From the IMG/VR virus record IMGVR_UViG_3300005288_000001, positions 64,001 through 128,000 of that record: a stretch of DNA of 64,000 nt; one strand, written 5' to 3'. Below the pieces are notes generated by a model, which saw only the letters and a program-made list of their open reading frames with translations, was not told the origin of the DNA and ran no database searches. Position numbers and translations under genes: made by a program. Below, in pieces: positions 23,160 to 32,673 of the stretch (its first letter is position 1; the number at the start of each line of letters is the position of its first letter). The DNA is from a virus.

Positions 23160-25313
23160 TTACGCGATGCTTTTAATAAACCTATCCAGCAACACGCGGT
23201 TTCGCTTACGATTGTTCATTTGCGCCGTAAGAGCATTGGCTGCTTGTTCAGCAGTGGCCTTCCCAGTAACAGCATTCAGATTTGCGGTTTGGGTTGCAAG
23301 ACTCTGATTTGAGATGATGAACATCTCATCCCGGGATTTCGATTTCAGCATGTAGACGTTATCCTTCAGGATGTCCGCTCGACACTGCGTAGCCATTCTG
23401 GTAATTTCCACCGAATTGACCGAGCGTCCGATCATCGATTGAATGGCATGCCCATAACTCGTGCTGGACTCGATGTGGAAACCAATACTGGTCACCGTTG
23501 CCGTGTCCTTCAGATATGTGAGAATAGCATGTGTCTGTCCTGATTCTCCTTCGTTTACTTCATAGTCCACCTTCGTCTTTTCGTTACGAATCCAGTGGCG
23601 AGCCTTAACCGACTTACCACCCAGGTATGCTGTTGATGGGAAGGCATGGACGCTGTGTCCTTCACCATCCGTCATCGTAATGAAACTCAGCTTTTCCAGA
23701 TTGTGCTTTGCACGAAACTCCGGCAGATACCGAGTCATAAAGATCAGAGCTTCGTTAAGTGGTGTTCCACCAAGCCCGTATCCAGGAAGAGCCGTAAGTG
23801 CCTGTGAGAGTAAACGATCCGTCATACTCGAATATTCCTTATTCGTCATCTGGCTAGACAGCAGATTCAGCAAATGGAAGCGACCGTCACCAACCTGCAT
23901 CGCGTTCTTACTCTTTGCTTGACGAAGTTTCTCACCTTCACGAATCTTTGCATTGGCTGTTCCGGCACGTTGCTCTGGCGAATAAGCCAAATAGCCAGTC
24001 GTGAAAGCGAACACCTCAAAGGGAATTTGGCAGCGTCGGCAGAAAGTGGCAAGGTCAATCGTTTGACGCAGAACCTGGTCGATCGTATACATCATCGATC
24101 CACTCCAGTCAACCAAGAAGACCATACCATGGTTCTTACCCTTGGGGATAACTGAATTGCGTCTGAAGATGTCGTCCTTGAGCGAGTAGGCGAAGAGCTT
24201 CCTCGAATCAAGCATACCCGTCTTGGATACCGTTACACGCTTCTGTGCTTCGGCTGACTTGCGCATCTCGAATTCCTTAATCAGGAACCCGATGTCATTC
24301 TTGGAACGTTCCTTGAAGTCGCGGATGGAAGCAAGCTTGGCCTGAGTGATCGATTGGTCGATCGTAGCTGTTTCCTTGAGGACTCGTGCGAACGGGACCA
24401 CAGGATGGTTGCCATACAGCGGCACGATGGTGTGATAGTTGTACTTCACGTCCATCACAGCTGAGTTGGAAATCGCCTTATCGAATGCAGCGGTAGTCTT
24501 CGACTCCAGATAATTGGAAACACCCGGCTTGGATTTCAACCCACCGCCACCCATGCTTCCCTTCAGGCCAGGAGTGGTCTTTTGGCCATTCTTGCCATCG
24601 CCGTCTCCATCCTCAGAGTCACCATCACCTCCGCCACCTTCACCGTCCTCATCGCCGGAACACGAGTCACCGTCTTCTTCCTCACCATCTTTGTCGCCAG
24701 AAGAAGGTTGACCCTTGCCTTTGGATTGTTGCGGAGGCTTTGGGGGAATTGGTGGGACTTTGCCTTGACTACGTTGGTACTCGAAGATATCGGCAGCAAG
24801 GTCAAGAGCGTCTTGTTCGGACTCGGTTTGGCCGGCACGAACCACAAAATCGTATTCTTCGTCAGTGAAGTCAACGCCGCAATCGTGTCCAACCTTGTAA
24901 AAAAGATTGATACGGTCGATCAGGTTGTACTCGTCAAGGTTCTTTCCCTTGGCACCGAAGAAGTCCAGGTCATTGAGTTCCTTGTACATACCGGACAGCG
25001 ACTTGCGCAGACCAGGGAACTCACGCTTCATGTGCTTTTCGATGCGGACGTCTTCGACGACGTTGAAATAGCTAGGGAGGCGTTCGTCGATGTTGTTGGC
25101 TTTTTCGATAAGCTTCCACGACGTATGTTTGGCGTGTCCAACCTCATGGCCGACCATACCTTCTTCGATGGTGTCAGTCATTCCCTTGAAGATTGGCATG
25201 GTCAGGACACGTTCCACGACGTCAAAGGACGCAGTGCGAACGTTATCCCGAATCACAGATAGGTTTTCTGTCGCTAGGAGGCGGGCGACAATGTCAATGA
25301 CTTTTTCACTCAT
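23160..25313 (-). CDS. CobT-like protein: HExxH metallopeptidase-like domain, acidic/Gly linker, vWA domain
   Basis: GHEVGH, NVVEDVRIE, MIDAS DWSGSM, GGTPL, TDGEG. Confidence 0.85.
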   Translation of the reverse strand: MSEKVIDIVARLLATENLSVIRDNVRTASFDVVERVLTMPIFKGMTDTIEEGMVGHEVGHAKHTSWKLIEKANNIDERLPSYFNVVEDVRIEKHMKREFPGLRKSLSGMYKELNDLDFFGAKGKNLDEYNLIDRINLFYKVGHDCGVDFTDEEYDFVVRAGQTESEQDALDLAADIFEYQRSQGKVPPIPPKPPQQSKGKGQPSSGDKDGEEEDGDSCSGDEDGEGGGGDGDSEDGDGDGKNGQKTTPGLKGSMGGGGLKSKPGVSNYLESKTTAAFDKAISNSAVMDVKYNYHTIVPLYGNHPVVPFARVLKETATIDQSITQAKLASIRDFKERSKNDIGFLIKEFEMRKSAEAQKRVTVSKTGMLDSRKLFAYSLKDDIFRRNSVIPKGKNHGMVFLVDWSGSMMYTIDQVLRQTIDLATFCRRCQIPFEVFAFTTGYLAYSPEQRAGTANAKIREGEKLRQAKSKNAMQVGDGRFHLLNLLSSQMTNKEYSSMTDRLLSQALTALPGYGLGGTPLNEALIFMTRYLPEFRAKHNLEKLSFITMTDGEGHSVHAFPSTAYLGGKSVKARHWIRNEKTKVDYEVNEGESGQTHAILTYLKDTATVTSIGFHIESSTSYGHAIQSMIGRSVNSVEITRMATQCRADILKDNVYMLKSKSRDEMFIISNQSLATQTANLNAVTGKATAEQAANALTAQMNNRKRNRVLLDRFIKSIA

Positions 25314-25352
25314 ACCTCAAGTATACCTGAGGTTTTAGAGCAGTTTGGCCTG

Positions 25353-27074
25353 TTATTTCAGTTCAGCCATTGCCGAGTAATTACCCTTCTTCTCGAACTT
25401 CAGAACACGAGCGAATTTGTCAATATGCTTATCCACCGAGTGTGATACGACGAACACATGGGTGCCATCGGCAGCGAGCGCATTGATCAGGTCTTGAGCA
25501 GAGTCATTACCTTCATCATCCAGGGAACCGTCCATCACCTCATCAAGGATTAGCAAATTGGTATTTGCCGAGTTCTTCATGCGAGCAATCTGGCGCCATG
25601 TGAATAGAATAGATAAATCAATACGCTGACGTTCACCTTCAGAGAAAGATGCGTAAGAGAATTCATCCCGATAACGAGATTTAATAGTTTCTTCGAATTG
25701 TTCATCTAGTTCAAATTGAATAAAGCTATCCTGGACCTGGAGATACTTGTTAATGAGCTTGTTCATTAGCGGCAGATACTCGCGGACCACGTTGGTCTTA
25801 ATGCCGGAATCCTTTAGCAGCGTCGAGGCAACTTCTTGCAGATTACGCTTCTCGGTTAGCTCGATCTTCTCTTCCAACATAGCAGTAATAGCTGCTGCAA
25901 GGGTTTTCAGCTTGACCTTTTCCTTATCTATGTCACCAGTGTTCGCGCTCAATTCCTTAATTTGATTTTCATAATCAACTGTCTGGCGGCGAATAGTTCG
26001 AACTTCAGATTGGATACCTGAATGATCAATCTGCAATTGCTGGAGGTCTGCATAGCATTGGTCGAATTGATTGCTCTTATCGATCAGTTCTTGTTGCTTT
26101 ATCTTTAGTTCGTTACGACTAATATGGATATCTTGGCGTTCGGACTCAAGTTTTTCATTGATTTCATGCTTGTGTTCGGTGTCAATACCCTGTCGGCAAA
26201 CCGAACACTCATCATGGTTTTCAAAGAAACTGAGTTCACTCATCACTTCCTGAAGGCGGCTGATCTTTTGACGGATATCAGAATTGACTTTTTCCAGGTC
26301 TTCCTTGAAAGAAAAGGACTCAAGTTCAAGTTTCTTAGCCTGCATCTGGTCTTCCAGAATTGTCAGGTCTTTCTCAAGAGCTTCGATGCGGCGATTGTTA
26401 TTATCAATCTTATGCTCAAGATCAGCTGTATTGTCTTCTTTGGACTTCTTCATTAAGTCAATGAAGGATCGCTGCGATTCGATTTGATTCTTGAGAGACG
26501 CGATATTCAAATTGATATCGGCCAATGCGGTCTTGGCTTCCGCTACCTTTTCCTTAAGGACGACTCCCATTGTCGAGAAAATCTTGATGTCAAGAATGTC
26601 CTCAATAACTTCGCGACGGTGACCAGCGGGCAGCTTCATAAAAGGAGTGAAGCTTGACGCGCCCAGGATGACTACTTGGGTAAAGGTCTTGTGGTTGAAT
26701 TTAAGGATTTGCGTTTCAAGAACCTTTTGATAGTCCTTTGTGGCCGCGTCTTGTTGAAGGAGCTTTCCGTCAATCTTAATCTCGAACAGATTCGGCTTAA
26801 TTCCACGTGTGACTTCGTAGTGTTTTCCTTCAGTCTTGAAGTTAACGCAAACCTTACACGCCTTTCCATTAACCGAATTGACAAGCTGGTTCTTAGTGAT
26901 ATTACGGAACGGTTTGCCAAAAAGAGCAAAGCATAAAGCGTCAAGGAGGGTGCTTTTGCCGTGGCCGTTCTTCCCGATGACGAGTGTGGTCGGCGCGCCG
27001 TTAAGCGAGATCTTAGTCCCGGCATTACCCGTCGAAAGGAAGTTTTGCCAGAAGACATCTTCAAAGTTAATCAT
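25353..27074 (-). CDS. 46: recombination ATPase gp46 (Rad50/SbcC-like)
   Basis: GKNGHGKST, CSVC zinc hook, FSEGE, LILDE. Confidence 0.95.
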   Translation of the reverse strand: MINFEDVFWQNFLSTGNAGTKISLNGAPTTLVIGKNGHGKSTLLDALCFALFGKPFRNITKNQLVNSVNGKACKVCVNFKTEGKHYEVTRGIKPNLFEIKIDGKLLQQDAATKDYQKVLETQILKFNHKTFTQVVILGASSFTPFMKLPAGHRREVIEDILDIKIFSTMGVVLKEKVAEAKTALADINLNIASLKNQIESQRSFIDLMKKSKEDNTADLEHKIDNNNRRIEALEKDLTILEDQMQAKKLELESFSFKEDLEKVNSDIRQKISRLQEVMSELSFFENHDECSVCRQGIDTEHKHEINEKLESERQDIHISRNELKIKQQELIDKSNQFDQCYADLQQLQIDHSGIQSEVRTIRRQTVDYENQIKELSANTGDIDKEKVKLKTLAAAITAMLEEKIELTEKRNLQEVASTLLKDSGIKTNVVREYLPLMNKLINKYLQVQDSFIQFELDEQFEETIKSRYRDEFSYASFSEGERQRIDLSILFTWRQIARMKNSANTNLLILDEVMDGSLDDEGNDSAQDLINALAADGTHVFVVSHSVDKHIDKFARVLKFEKKGNYSAMAELK

Positions 27075-27249
27075 GTTTGTTGAGAATTTTCTTCGCTGTT
27101 TGTTCCAGCGTCAATTTGTTTTGCGAATGTTTCCAACGTGTATATCTTCGAGACATTTCGCCATACATCTCATCGTACGCCCAAACTGTACGACACATTA
27201 TGGCCAACGCATATTCAACGAAATTATGTTTCAATGTTAATTGCCTCAA
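27067..27249 (-). CDS. hypothetical protein
   Basis: Small ORF between 47 and 46. Confidence 0.45.
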   Translation of the reverse strand: MRQLTLKHNFVEYALAIMCRTVWAYDEMYGEMSRRYTRWKHSQNKLTLEQTAKKILNKHD

Positions 27250-28270
27250 TGTACAGAGATTTCATATATGATTTGATCTTCTCTTTATCGGCCGTTGTTT
27301 CTACCGAGTCAACATAGCTGCTCATGAGGGAAAGGGTATCTTCCAGATCAACCGTTTCGTCCACTGTGCCTTGCTTAAACTCGGTCATGTCCTCGATGAT
27401 CTTTACCTCGTATGCATTGGCTGTTTGGATGCCAGTCATAAAGGCGTCGAACTTCTTAATGTCTTTCTTATTGGTCACGACAATACGAACGAACTTTTCA
27501 AAGCACTCAGCAGGGTCAAGAGTAATTGGCTTATCCTCGTCGTATTCATAGCGGATATGAATCGTATGTGGATTCTCAATGAACTCTAGTTTTCGCGTTT
27601 CGGTGTCGAAGACATGAAAGCCACGAGGATCACCTGCATCTTGCCAGGTAAGTTCGTAAGGAGTTCCAACATAAGTGATGTTTCCATTTTCAGATCTTGT
27701 ATGGAAGTGACCGGAGAGTACTCTCTCATATTTCGCGAATACAGATGGAGAAAGACCACCGTGAGCGGCCATACCACGATACATTGCAAAACCGTCAATC
27801 TCAAAATGTCCAACGCAAAGATCAGACTTCGAGTCCTGAATGTATTCATTGATTGCATCGTAATTCTCTTTGCATATCCAGGGGATAACGTCGATACTCG
27901 TTCCGTCGCAATCCAATGTGGTTGGGCTATCGTAACACCAAACGTTCCCGAATTCACCGAGGACCTGTTGGGTAGAATTAACCTTCAGACTTTCACGATA
28001 ATAGATGTCGTGATTGCCTAGGAGGGTGTGGATTTCGTATTGGCCACCCGATGCTGGCGCGAAGAATTGAGCCTTGCAGTCAGCCAGCGACTGCATATTG
28101 ATATACTTCCGAACGTCAAAAAGATCGCCAAGTTGTATAATATATTTGATCCCGTTCGCCCGAAGGTATGGGAAGAAGATATCTTGGTAGAAATATCCCA
28201 TATACTTCGAGAAAGCCGGCGAAGCATTTCGCGCGCCAAAGTGTGTATCGCCTAAGATTGCAATCTTCAT
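27224..28270 (-). CDS. 47: recombination nuclease gp47 (Mre11/SbcD-like)
   Basis: GDTHFG, GDLFD, GNHD, SGHFH. Confidence 0.95.
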   Translation of the reverse strand: MKIAILGDTHFGARNASPAFSKYMGYFYQDIFFPYLRANGIKYIIQLGDLFDVRKYINMQSLADCKAQFFAPASGGQYEIHTLLGNHDIYYRESLKVNSTQQVLGEFGNVWCYDSPTTLDCDGTSIDVIPWICKENYDAINEYIQDSKSDLCVGHFEIDGFAMYRGMAAHGGLSPSVFAKYERVLSGHFHTRSENGNITYVGTPYELTWQDAGDPRGFHVFDTETRKLEFIENPHTIHIRYEYDEDKPITLDPAECFEKFVRIVVTNKKDIKKFDAFMTGIQTANAYEVKIIEDMTEFKQGTVDETVDLEDTLSLMSSYVDSVETTADKEKIKSYMKSLYIEAINIET

Positions 28271-28677
28271 GGATTAGCTGACGGTTTTAGAATGTCCTCA
28301 ACCAGTTTCACAGGGAGAACAAACATATGGCCCATTATCATTTCGGAGTCTTTTTCGGGCATATCAGTTTTCGTGAATGTGATATCGTCTATGAGCATTT
28401 GAGCCAGAGCCAGAGCCATTTGGCGCTTGACCGAGATCTTCCATTCTTGCTCAGAATTGTACAATTCACGATTACCACTGGCAACCTCCATACGAACTTC
28501 GTACAGATGCTTGTCCATCTTAACAGCCAAGAGACCCATCTTAGTCCATTTGGCGTAAGGAGTTCCTTCTGGCTCCTTCACGACCGCAACTACTCGATGT
28601 TGCTGGCTAAGAGTTCCACCAAGTTTGGGATCGTAAGCGTCAGGAAGGGGAAGCAAGGTTTTAGGAGTCGTCATCAT
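28267..28677 (-). CDS. hypothetical protein
   Basis: Lies between 55 and 47. Confidence 0.55.
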   Translation of the reverse strand: MMTTPKTLLPLPDAYDPKLGGTLSQQHRVVAVVKEPEGTPYAKWTKMGLLAVKMDKHLYEVRMEVASGNRELYNSEQEWKISVKRQMALALAQMLIDDITFTKTDMPEKDSEMIMGHMFVLPVKLVEDILKPSANP

Positions 28678-29320
28678 TAAGTAAGTCTTCAGGAATTGGA
28701 AGACCCTCAAAGTCTGGGTCAGCCAACTCTTCTATCACAGGGTCCTCGACAAATTCGGCGAGGGACGGTTCGCTACTCTTCTTGGATTTCTTAGGCTTCT
28801 TTTTATCGAATACCGAAGTATCTACGTCGGAATGTTGTTGCATGAATTCAACCATAGAATTCGTGAACAAGCCGTCTTCATCATGCACTTGGAGGTCAAA
28901 CTGATTCTCCCATAGCATGCTGGTAACCATCTTTCCCTTAATCGCAGCTTGCTTCTTTTCGCGCGTAATGCGGCGAACGAAAGCATAGTAATTGATCTGG
29001 GTAAAATAGGCAAACGGCTTTGCGTAGTTGTAGGGATCGTAATTATCCAAATATCGAAGACAGTTTTCGATCCCGTCACTAATCATTTCGTCGCGGTATG
29101 AGTAACCTATAAAGTTTGACTTATAAGCTAGATGGCGCGCTATCTGGTAGATGCATGTTCCAATATACTCGGAAACTTGTGGCTTTTCTAAGCCTGCTTC
29201 TTTGGCAGCGTCGACTGCGGCACGGCGTTCCAGCATCGCAGCTTGGAACATCTCGTTATCCACGTAGTGGTGGGCGGTCGATTCAGGGGGATTTTCGGGG
29301 GTCAGTTCTGGCTCACTCAT
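28661..29320 (-). CDS. 55: late sigma factor gp55
   Basis: HYVDN, NFIGYSYRDEMISDGIENC, PFAYFTQI..YAFVRRI; start MSEPELT just after TATAAT; SLAEFV may be the clamp motif. Confidence 0.93.
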   Translation of the reverse strand: MSEPELTPENPPESTAHHYVDNEMFQAAMLERRAAVDAAKEAGLEKPQVSEYIGTCIYQIARHLAYKSNFIGYSYRDEMISDGIENCLRYLDNYDPYNYAKPFAYFTQINYYAFVRRITREKKQAAIKGKMVTSMLWENQFDLQVHDEDGLFTNSMVEFMQQHSDVDTSVFDKKKPKKSKKSSEPSLAEFVEDPVIEELADPDFEGLPIPEDLLNDDDS

Positions 29321-29463
29321 AGATAAATTATACCCTAAGATGGACAGAATGGCTAGTTTCACTCCAACTGGGTAATAGTTGGTAAAATAGTGGAACACCG
29401 CTTTACTTCTACTTTACAGGGTGTCATAATAGCGGTGTGGTGTCTGAAGTATGCCGTTGAAGT

Positions 29464-29814
29464 CTATTGCAAAGTATCTACGGGTTCTACGTAAAATGTT
29501 TCTAAGTTATCTACGCGAGCAGGTTCGTCGGGAGCCGCTTCGTAGGCATCAACCATGTCCTTGTACGCCTGCATTAGCTCTTCCTTGAGAGGGGCAATGT
29601 AGATAAAGTGCTCGGGGTTCATCATCAGAACCTTGTCATCTGTGTAAGGACAGAAGGGTCGTAACATAGTTTTCACAACCATATAATCTCCATCCTGTAC
29701 AGTTTCCTTGGTCACCTCGAATGGGCATACGAGCTGAAGAATGTCTTTGTGAGGTTCACCGGCCAGAGCCACGATAGTTTCACCGGTGATAAGTTTGCCA
29801 ACGAGATAGTCCAT
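29464..29814 (-). CDS. conserved T4-like Sm-like protein downstream of uvsW
   Basis: KLITGETIVA motif; synteny. Confidence 0.65.
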   Translation of the reverse strand: MDYLVGKLITGETIVALAGEPHKDILQLVCPFEVTKETVQDGDYMVVKTMLRPFCPYTDDKVLMMNPEHFIYIAPLKEELMQAYKDMVDAYEAAPDEPARVDNLETFYVEPVDTLQ

Positions 29815-29821
29815 ATCCTAC

Positions 29822-31315
29822 TTAGCTGCTGATTGGTACGTTGATAATTTCGTACTCAAACTGCTCTGCATTATAAATTTTCACCCGTTCCATACAATGA
29901 ACCAAAGTCATGTTGGGCTTCTTTTTATAGCTCAAATCGTCGGCCAAATCAAAGAGACGGCAGAACTTCTTTCCGTCCTGGAGGCGGATACCGCGACCGA
30001 TGGATTGGAGGTTTCTGATCTTGCCTTTGCTCGGGCTGCTGAATATAATGTTGGCAATTTTCGGAAGGTTCTGGCCGGTCGCGAAGCTCTGCGAGCTAGC
30101 AAAGAGCACCGCATTCTCTTCACGAGAAAGAGCGTCCTTAATTCTGTCACGCTCCGCCGTACTGATTCCTCCATGGATGAGGTACGCTGGCGTGTCCGGG
30201 AACTGCGCCCTGAATGCTTCGTAGAGTGGCTTCCCGTGTTTTTCCACGAACTGGAAGAGCACGAGCGTGACGCCCTTCTGAGCTGCTGCGAGCTTGCAGA
30301 TCATTTTGTTACGCTTACCATTTCGCACTATCCAATCGAGTTCGCCCTGGTATTCGAGGTCCTTAACAAACGCCTTATCCTCCGCCGAGTAACCAAGCAT
30401 GAGAATCTTGATCTTGAGATCAGAAACTCGTCCGGCGTCCATAAGCTCCCGAGTCGTTGATACCTGGTGAACGGGTCCGAAGTGTCCTTCTAGAGTTAGC
30501 TTGTTCACCTTGCCGTCTTTGATTGTGCCCGTCGTGCCGATACGATAGGACACATCAGTCATCTTGGCCATGCAAGTCGAAAGGCTTGCTGCCGCAAACA
30601 GGTGCGCTTCGTCACCGATCACACAATCGAATTGGTTAAACCAGCTTGCAGGCTGTTTGTAAACACTCTGCCAGGTGGAAACCACCACCTTCGTGTTCAC
30701 CGTCTTGGTGAAGCCAGAGAAGATTGGTTGAGTGTGTTCTTCCACATCCCAGCCATTGGCCGTTGAGTAGTCAGCAAAGTCGGCGCGTAGCTGTGTCACC
30801 AGCGTCGTGGTTGGTACGAGGATTAGAATGGTGAAACCATGCTTGACCAAGAGCCAACGCATGATAAGGTAGATGATAAGCGATTTACCACTTGCCGTTG
30901 GGCTCAGTAGGAGTCGACGCTTATCATTAAGTCCGATAAGGCATGCCAGAGATTGGTAGTCGTAAACTTCGATGGATTTTCCTCGGGCGTGGATGTCCAG
31001 GTCGGAGATAAACTCAGCAAGGTCATCAGCTGACACTGTTGCAACTGGCTCAGGACTCGGACCCACGGTTTGAAGTTCGATGTCGCGCTCTGCGCAGAAG
31101 TGTTTGAGGTATCCATAGAGTCCTGCTGGAAGTGTTTTACGGACGATTGAATACATCCGTGCTTTGCCGTCCCACAGCTTCGCGCGGAACTTTGGCATGA
31201 ATTTGTAGCCGTCAACGAAGAACGAGAAATAATCCTCGAGCGCGTATTCGACGTCAGCGTCGCCCCAAACTAGCAGGTTACTTTCGTCCCGCTTTTCGAC
31301 TTTCAGAATTGACAT
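29822..31315 (-). CDS. uvsW: SF2 helicase UvsW
   Basis: SPTASGKS, STWQS, DEAH, GTTGT, QSIGRGIR. Confidence 0.95.
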   Translation of the reverse strand: MSILKVEKRDESNLLVWGDADVEYALEDYFSFFVDGYKFMPKFRAKLWDGKARMYSIVRKTLPAGLYGYLKHFCAERDIELQTVGPSPEPVATVSADDLAEFISDLDIHARGKSIEVYDYQSLACLIGLNDKRRLLLSPTASGKSLIIYLIMRWLLVKHGFTILILVPTTTLVTQLRADFADYSTANGWDVEEHTQPIFSGFTKTVNTKVVVSTWQSVYKQPASWFNQFDCVIGDEAHLFAAASLSTCMAKMTDVSYRIGTTGTIKDGKVNKLTLEGHFGPVHQVSTTRELMDAGRVSDLKIKILMLGYSAEDKAFVKDLEYQGELDWIVRNGKRNKMICKLAAAQKGVTLVLFQFVEKHGKPLYEAFRAQFPDTPAYLIHGGISTAERDRIKDALSREENAVLFASSQSFATGQNLPKIANIIFSSPSKGKIRNLQSIGRGIRLQDGKKFCRLFDLADDLSYKKKPNMTLVHCMERVKIYNAEQFEYEIINVPISS

Positions 31316-31505
31316 AATTTATCTTTGGAATGGTTCGCAAGTTCTTCATCAGATCAAGCTGGAATTGTGTAGTAGTGTGTGACGGAGTGTAAGTGTTATC
31401 TTGGCCAGGTATGTATGGCGCAAAGAAATAGCCAGTGTCTATTGTTGTCTGGCCCTTGTATCCAATGTCAACCGCTGGATACTTATCAACGTAGATATTC
31501 ATCAT
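31278..31505 (-). CDS. 75-aa protein resembling a C-terminal segment of major capsid protein gp23
   Basis: IYVD..GYKGQTTIDTGYFFAPYIP versus gp23 VYID..GYKGTSPFDAGMFYCPYVP. Confidence 0.65.
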   Translation of the reverse strand: MMNIYVDKYPAVDIGYKGQTTIDTGYFFAPYIPGQDNTYTPSHTTTQFQLDLMKNLRTIPKINYVNSESRKAGRK

Positions 31506-31939
31506 GCGCCTGCCAGGAATTTCTTATATTCAATTGCGTTCTTGATATCCCAGCCTCGCGACTTGATACCGTTCATAATCGACTCAAGGAAGTAAACCAT
31601 GGTTTCCATGTATTCAATCTTGATGGCGATCTTCGTCAGGTTGCCGTCGCCTTCCAGCAATTCATCCATAACGTTCTTGATTGGTTTGACGCCTTGATAC
31701 TGTTCCCATTTCTGGGCATCAAGTTCTTCACGGGTGAGTTCGCCTCGATAGTAACGGAAGCGAAGCTGACGCATGTTGTTGTATTCCATATTCAACGCCG
31801 ACTTTTTCATGCGCGCGTCGATAAGCAACCGAACATATTTTGCGTGAAGTTTTACGGTCTTCAGGGATTCATCATCTAGGTGGAGAGGATTGATTTCACA
31901 ATCGCGTTCCCACTCGTCCTTCAAGTCATCTAATTTCAT
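31502..31939 (-). CDS. uvsY: recombination mediator UvsY
   Basis: WERDCEI, LHAKY, YYRG, RGWDIKNAIEYKKF. Confidence 0.92.
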   Translation of the reverse strand: MKLDDLKDEWERDCEINPLHLDDESLKTVKLHAKYVRLLIDARMKKSALNMEYNNMRQLRFRYYRGELTREELDAQKWEQYQGVKPIKNVMDELLEGDGNLTKIAIKIEYMETMVYFLESIMNGIKSRGWDIKNAIEYKKFLAGA

Positions 31940-31957
31940 AACTGTAGTTATACAGTC

Positions 31958-32485
31958 TTAAACTAGCGTGAAATAGTCGTATGTAAAGGTCGCCTGGCAG
32001 ATAACGTATTTCACATCTGTGAGTTTGGTCGAGAAAGTGATGGTGTTGATCGAGGTAGGAATCAGGTCAGCAAAATCAACACGTCGAATTTCGTGGTTGT
32101 TTTGATCCAGGACAATCAAAGTGCCTGCCGAGAAGTCCGACCCACCGCCAGGAAGACCTGATTGCGCAGAACGGAAGTCTGTGTATTGCTGATATGTTAG
32201 CGGAAAGCCGAGACCTTCCATCCACCCAAGCATAGCTGCGTAGTTGTCCATCTTGGCATCTACCATGAACGAAACAACCAGAGGGCCATACTGGAGTTGA
32301 TTGGACGGCTGGTTCATCTTGACCAACGGTGTATTCGTTCCGAGAGCTTGTAGGCCAACTGATGGAATATTTGCTTCTTGGCAGAAGAAGGATACTCCGG
32401 GCAGTTTAGCGATTGTCAGTTGAAAGCCATTCGCTGTGAGCGGATCAAGCGTTGCTGGAACAGGGCATGAAAGTGTATTTGGCAT
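31958..32485 (-). CDS. 3: tail completion / sheath stabilizer gp3-like protein
   Basis: FQLTIAKLPGVSFFCQEANIP, ATFTYDYF; start MPNTLS after a late box. Confidence 0.8.
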   Translation of the reverse strand: MPNTLSCPVPATLDPLTANGFQLTIAKLPGVSFFCQEANIPSVGLQALGTNTPLVKMNQPSNQLQYGPLVVSFMVDAKMDNYAAMLGWMEGLGFPLTYQQYTDFRSAQSGLPGGGSDFSAGTLIVLDQNNHEIRRVDFADLIPTSINTITFSTKLTDVKYVICQATFTYDYFTLV

Positions 32486-32489
32486 CTGG

Positions 32490-32497
32490 TATTTATG
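32490..32497 (-). promoter_or_regulatory. late promoter CATAAATA
   Basis: gp55-type -10 box 4 nt before the gene 3 ATG. Confidence 0.6.
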
Positions 32498-32673
32498 TGC
32501 TCCTCTTTGACGCGATAGCTGAAAATCAGCCAAATATCCCTAGGCGTGACAGTGACTTACAAGCGTCGAAAAACGCGATTGGTGCCTCAGCGTAGGGTAG
32601 CCGCCTCGCGCATAAAACGCTAACTGGCTGGCGTTTTTGTGTTTGGTCTATGCTCTCAGGTAAACTAGAGGCT

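Noticed and set aside
24530-24770. Low-complexity Gly/Asp/Glu/Pro stretch as a repeat element or separate gene
   Set aside because: It is the usual disordered linker of CobT-like vWA proteins.
21938-25313. Cobalamin biosynthesis auxiliary metabolic genes (cobS/cobT)
   Set aside because: No cobN or other cob genes are present; the pair is better explained as a MoxR-vWA chaperone module.
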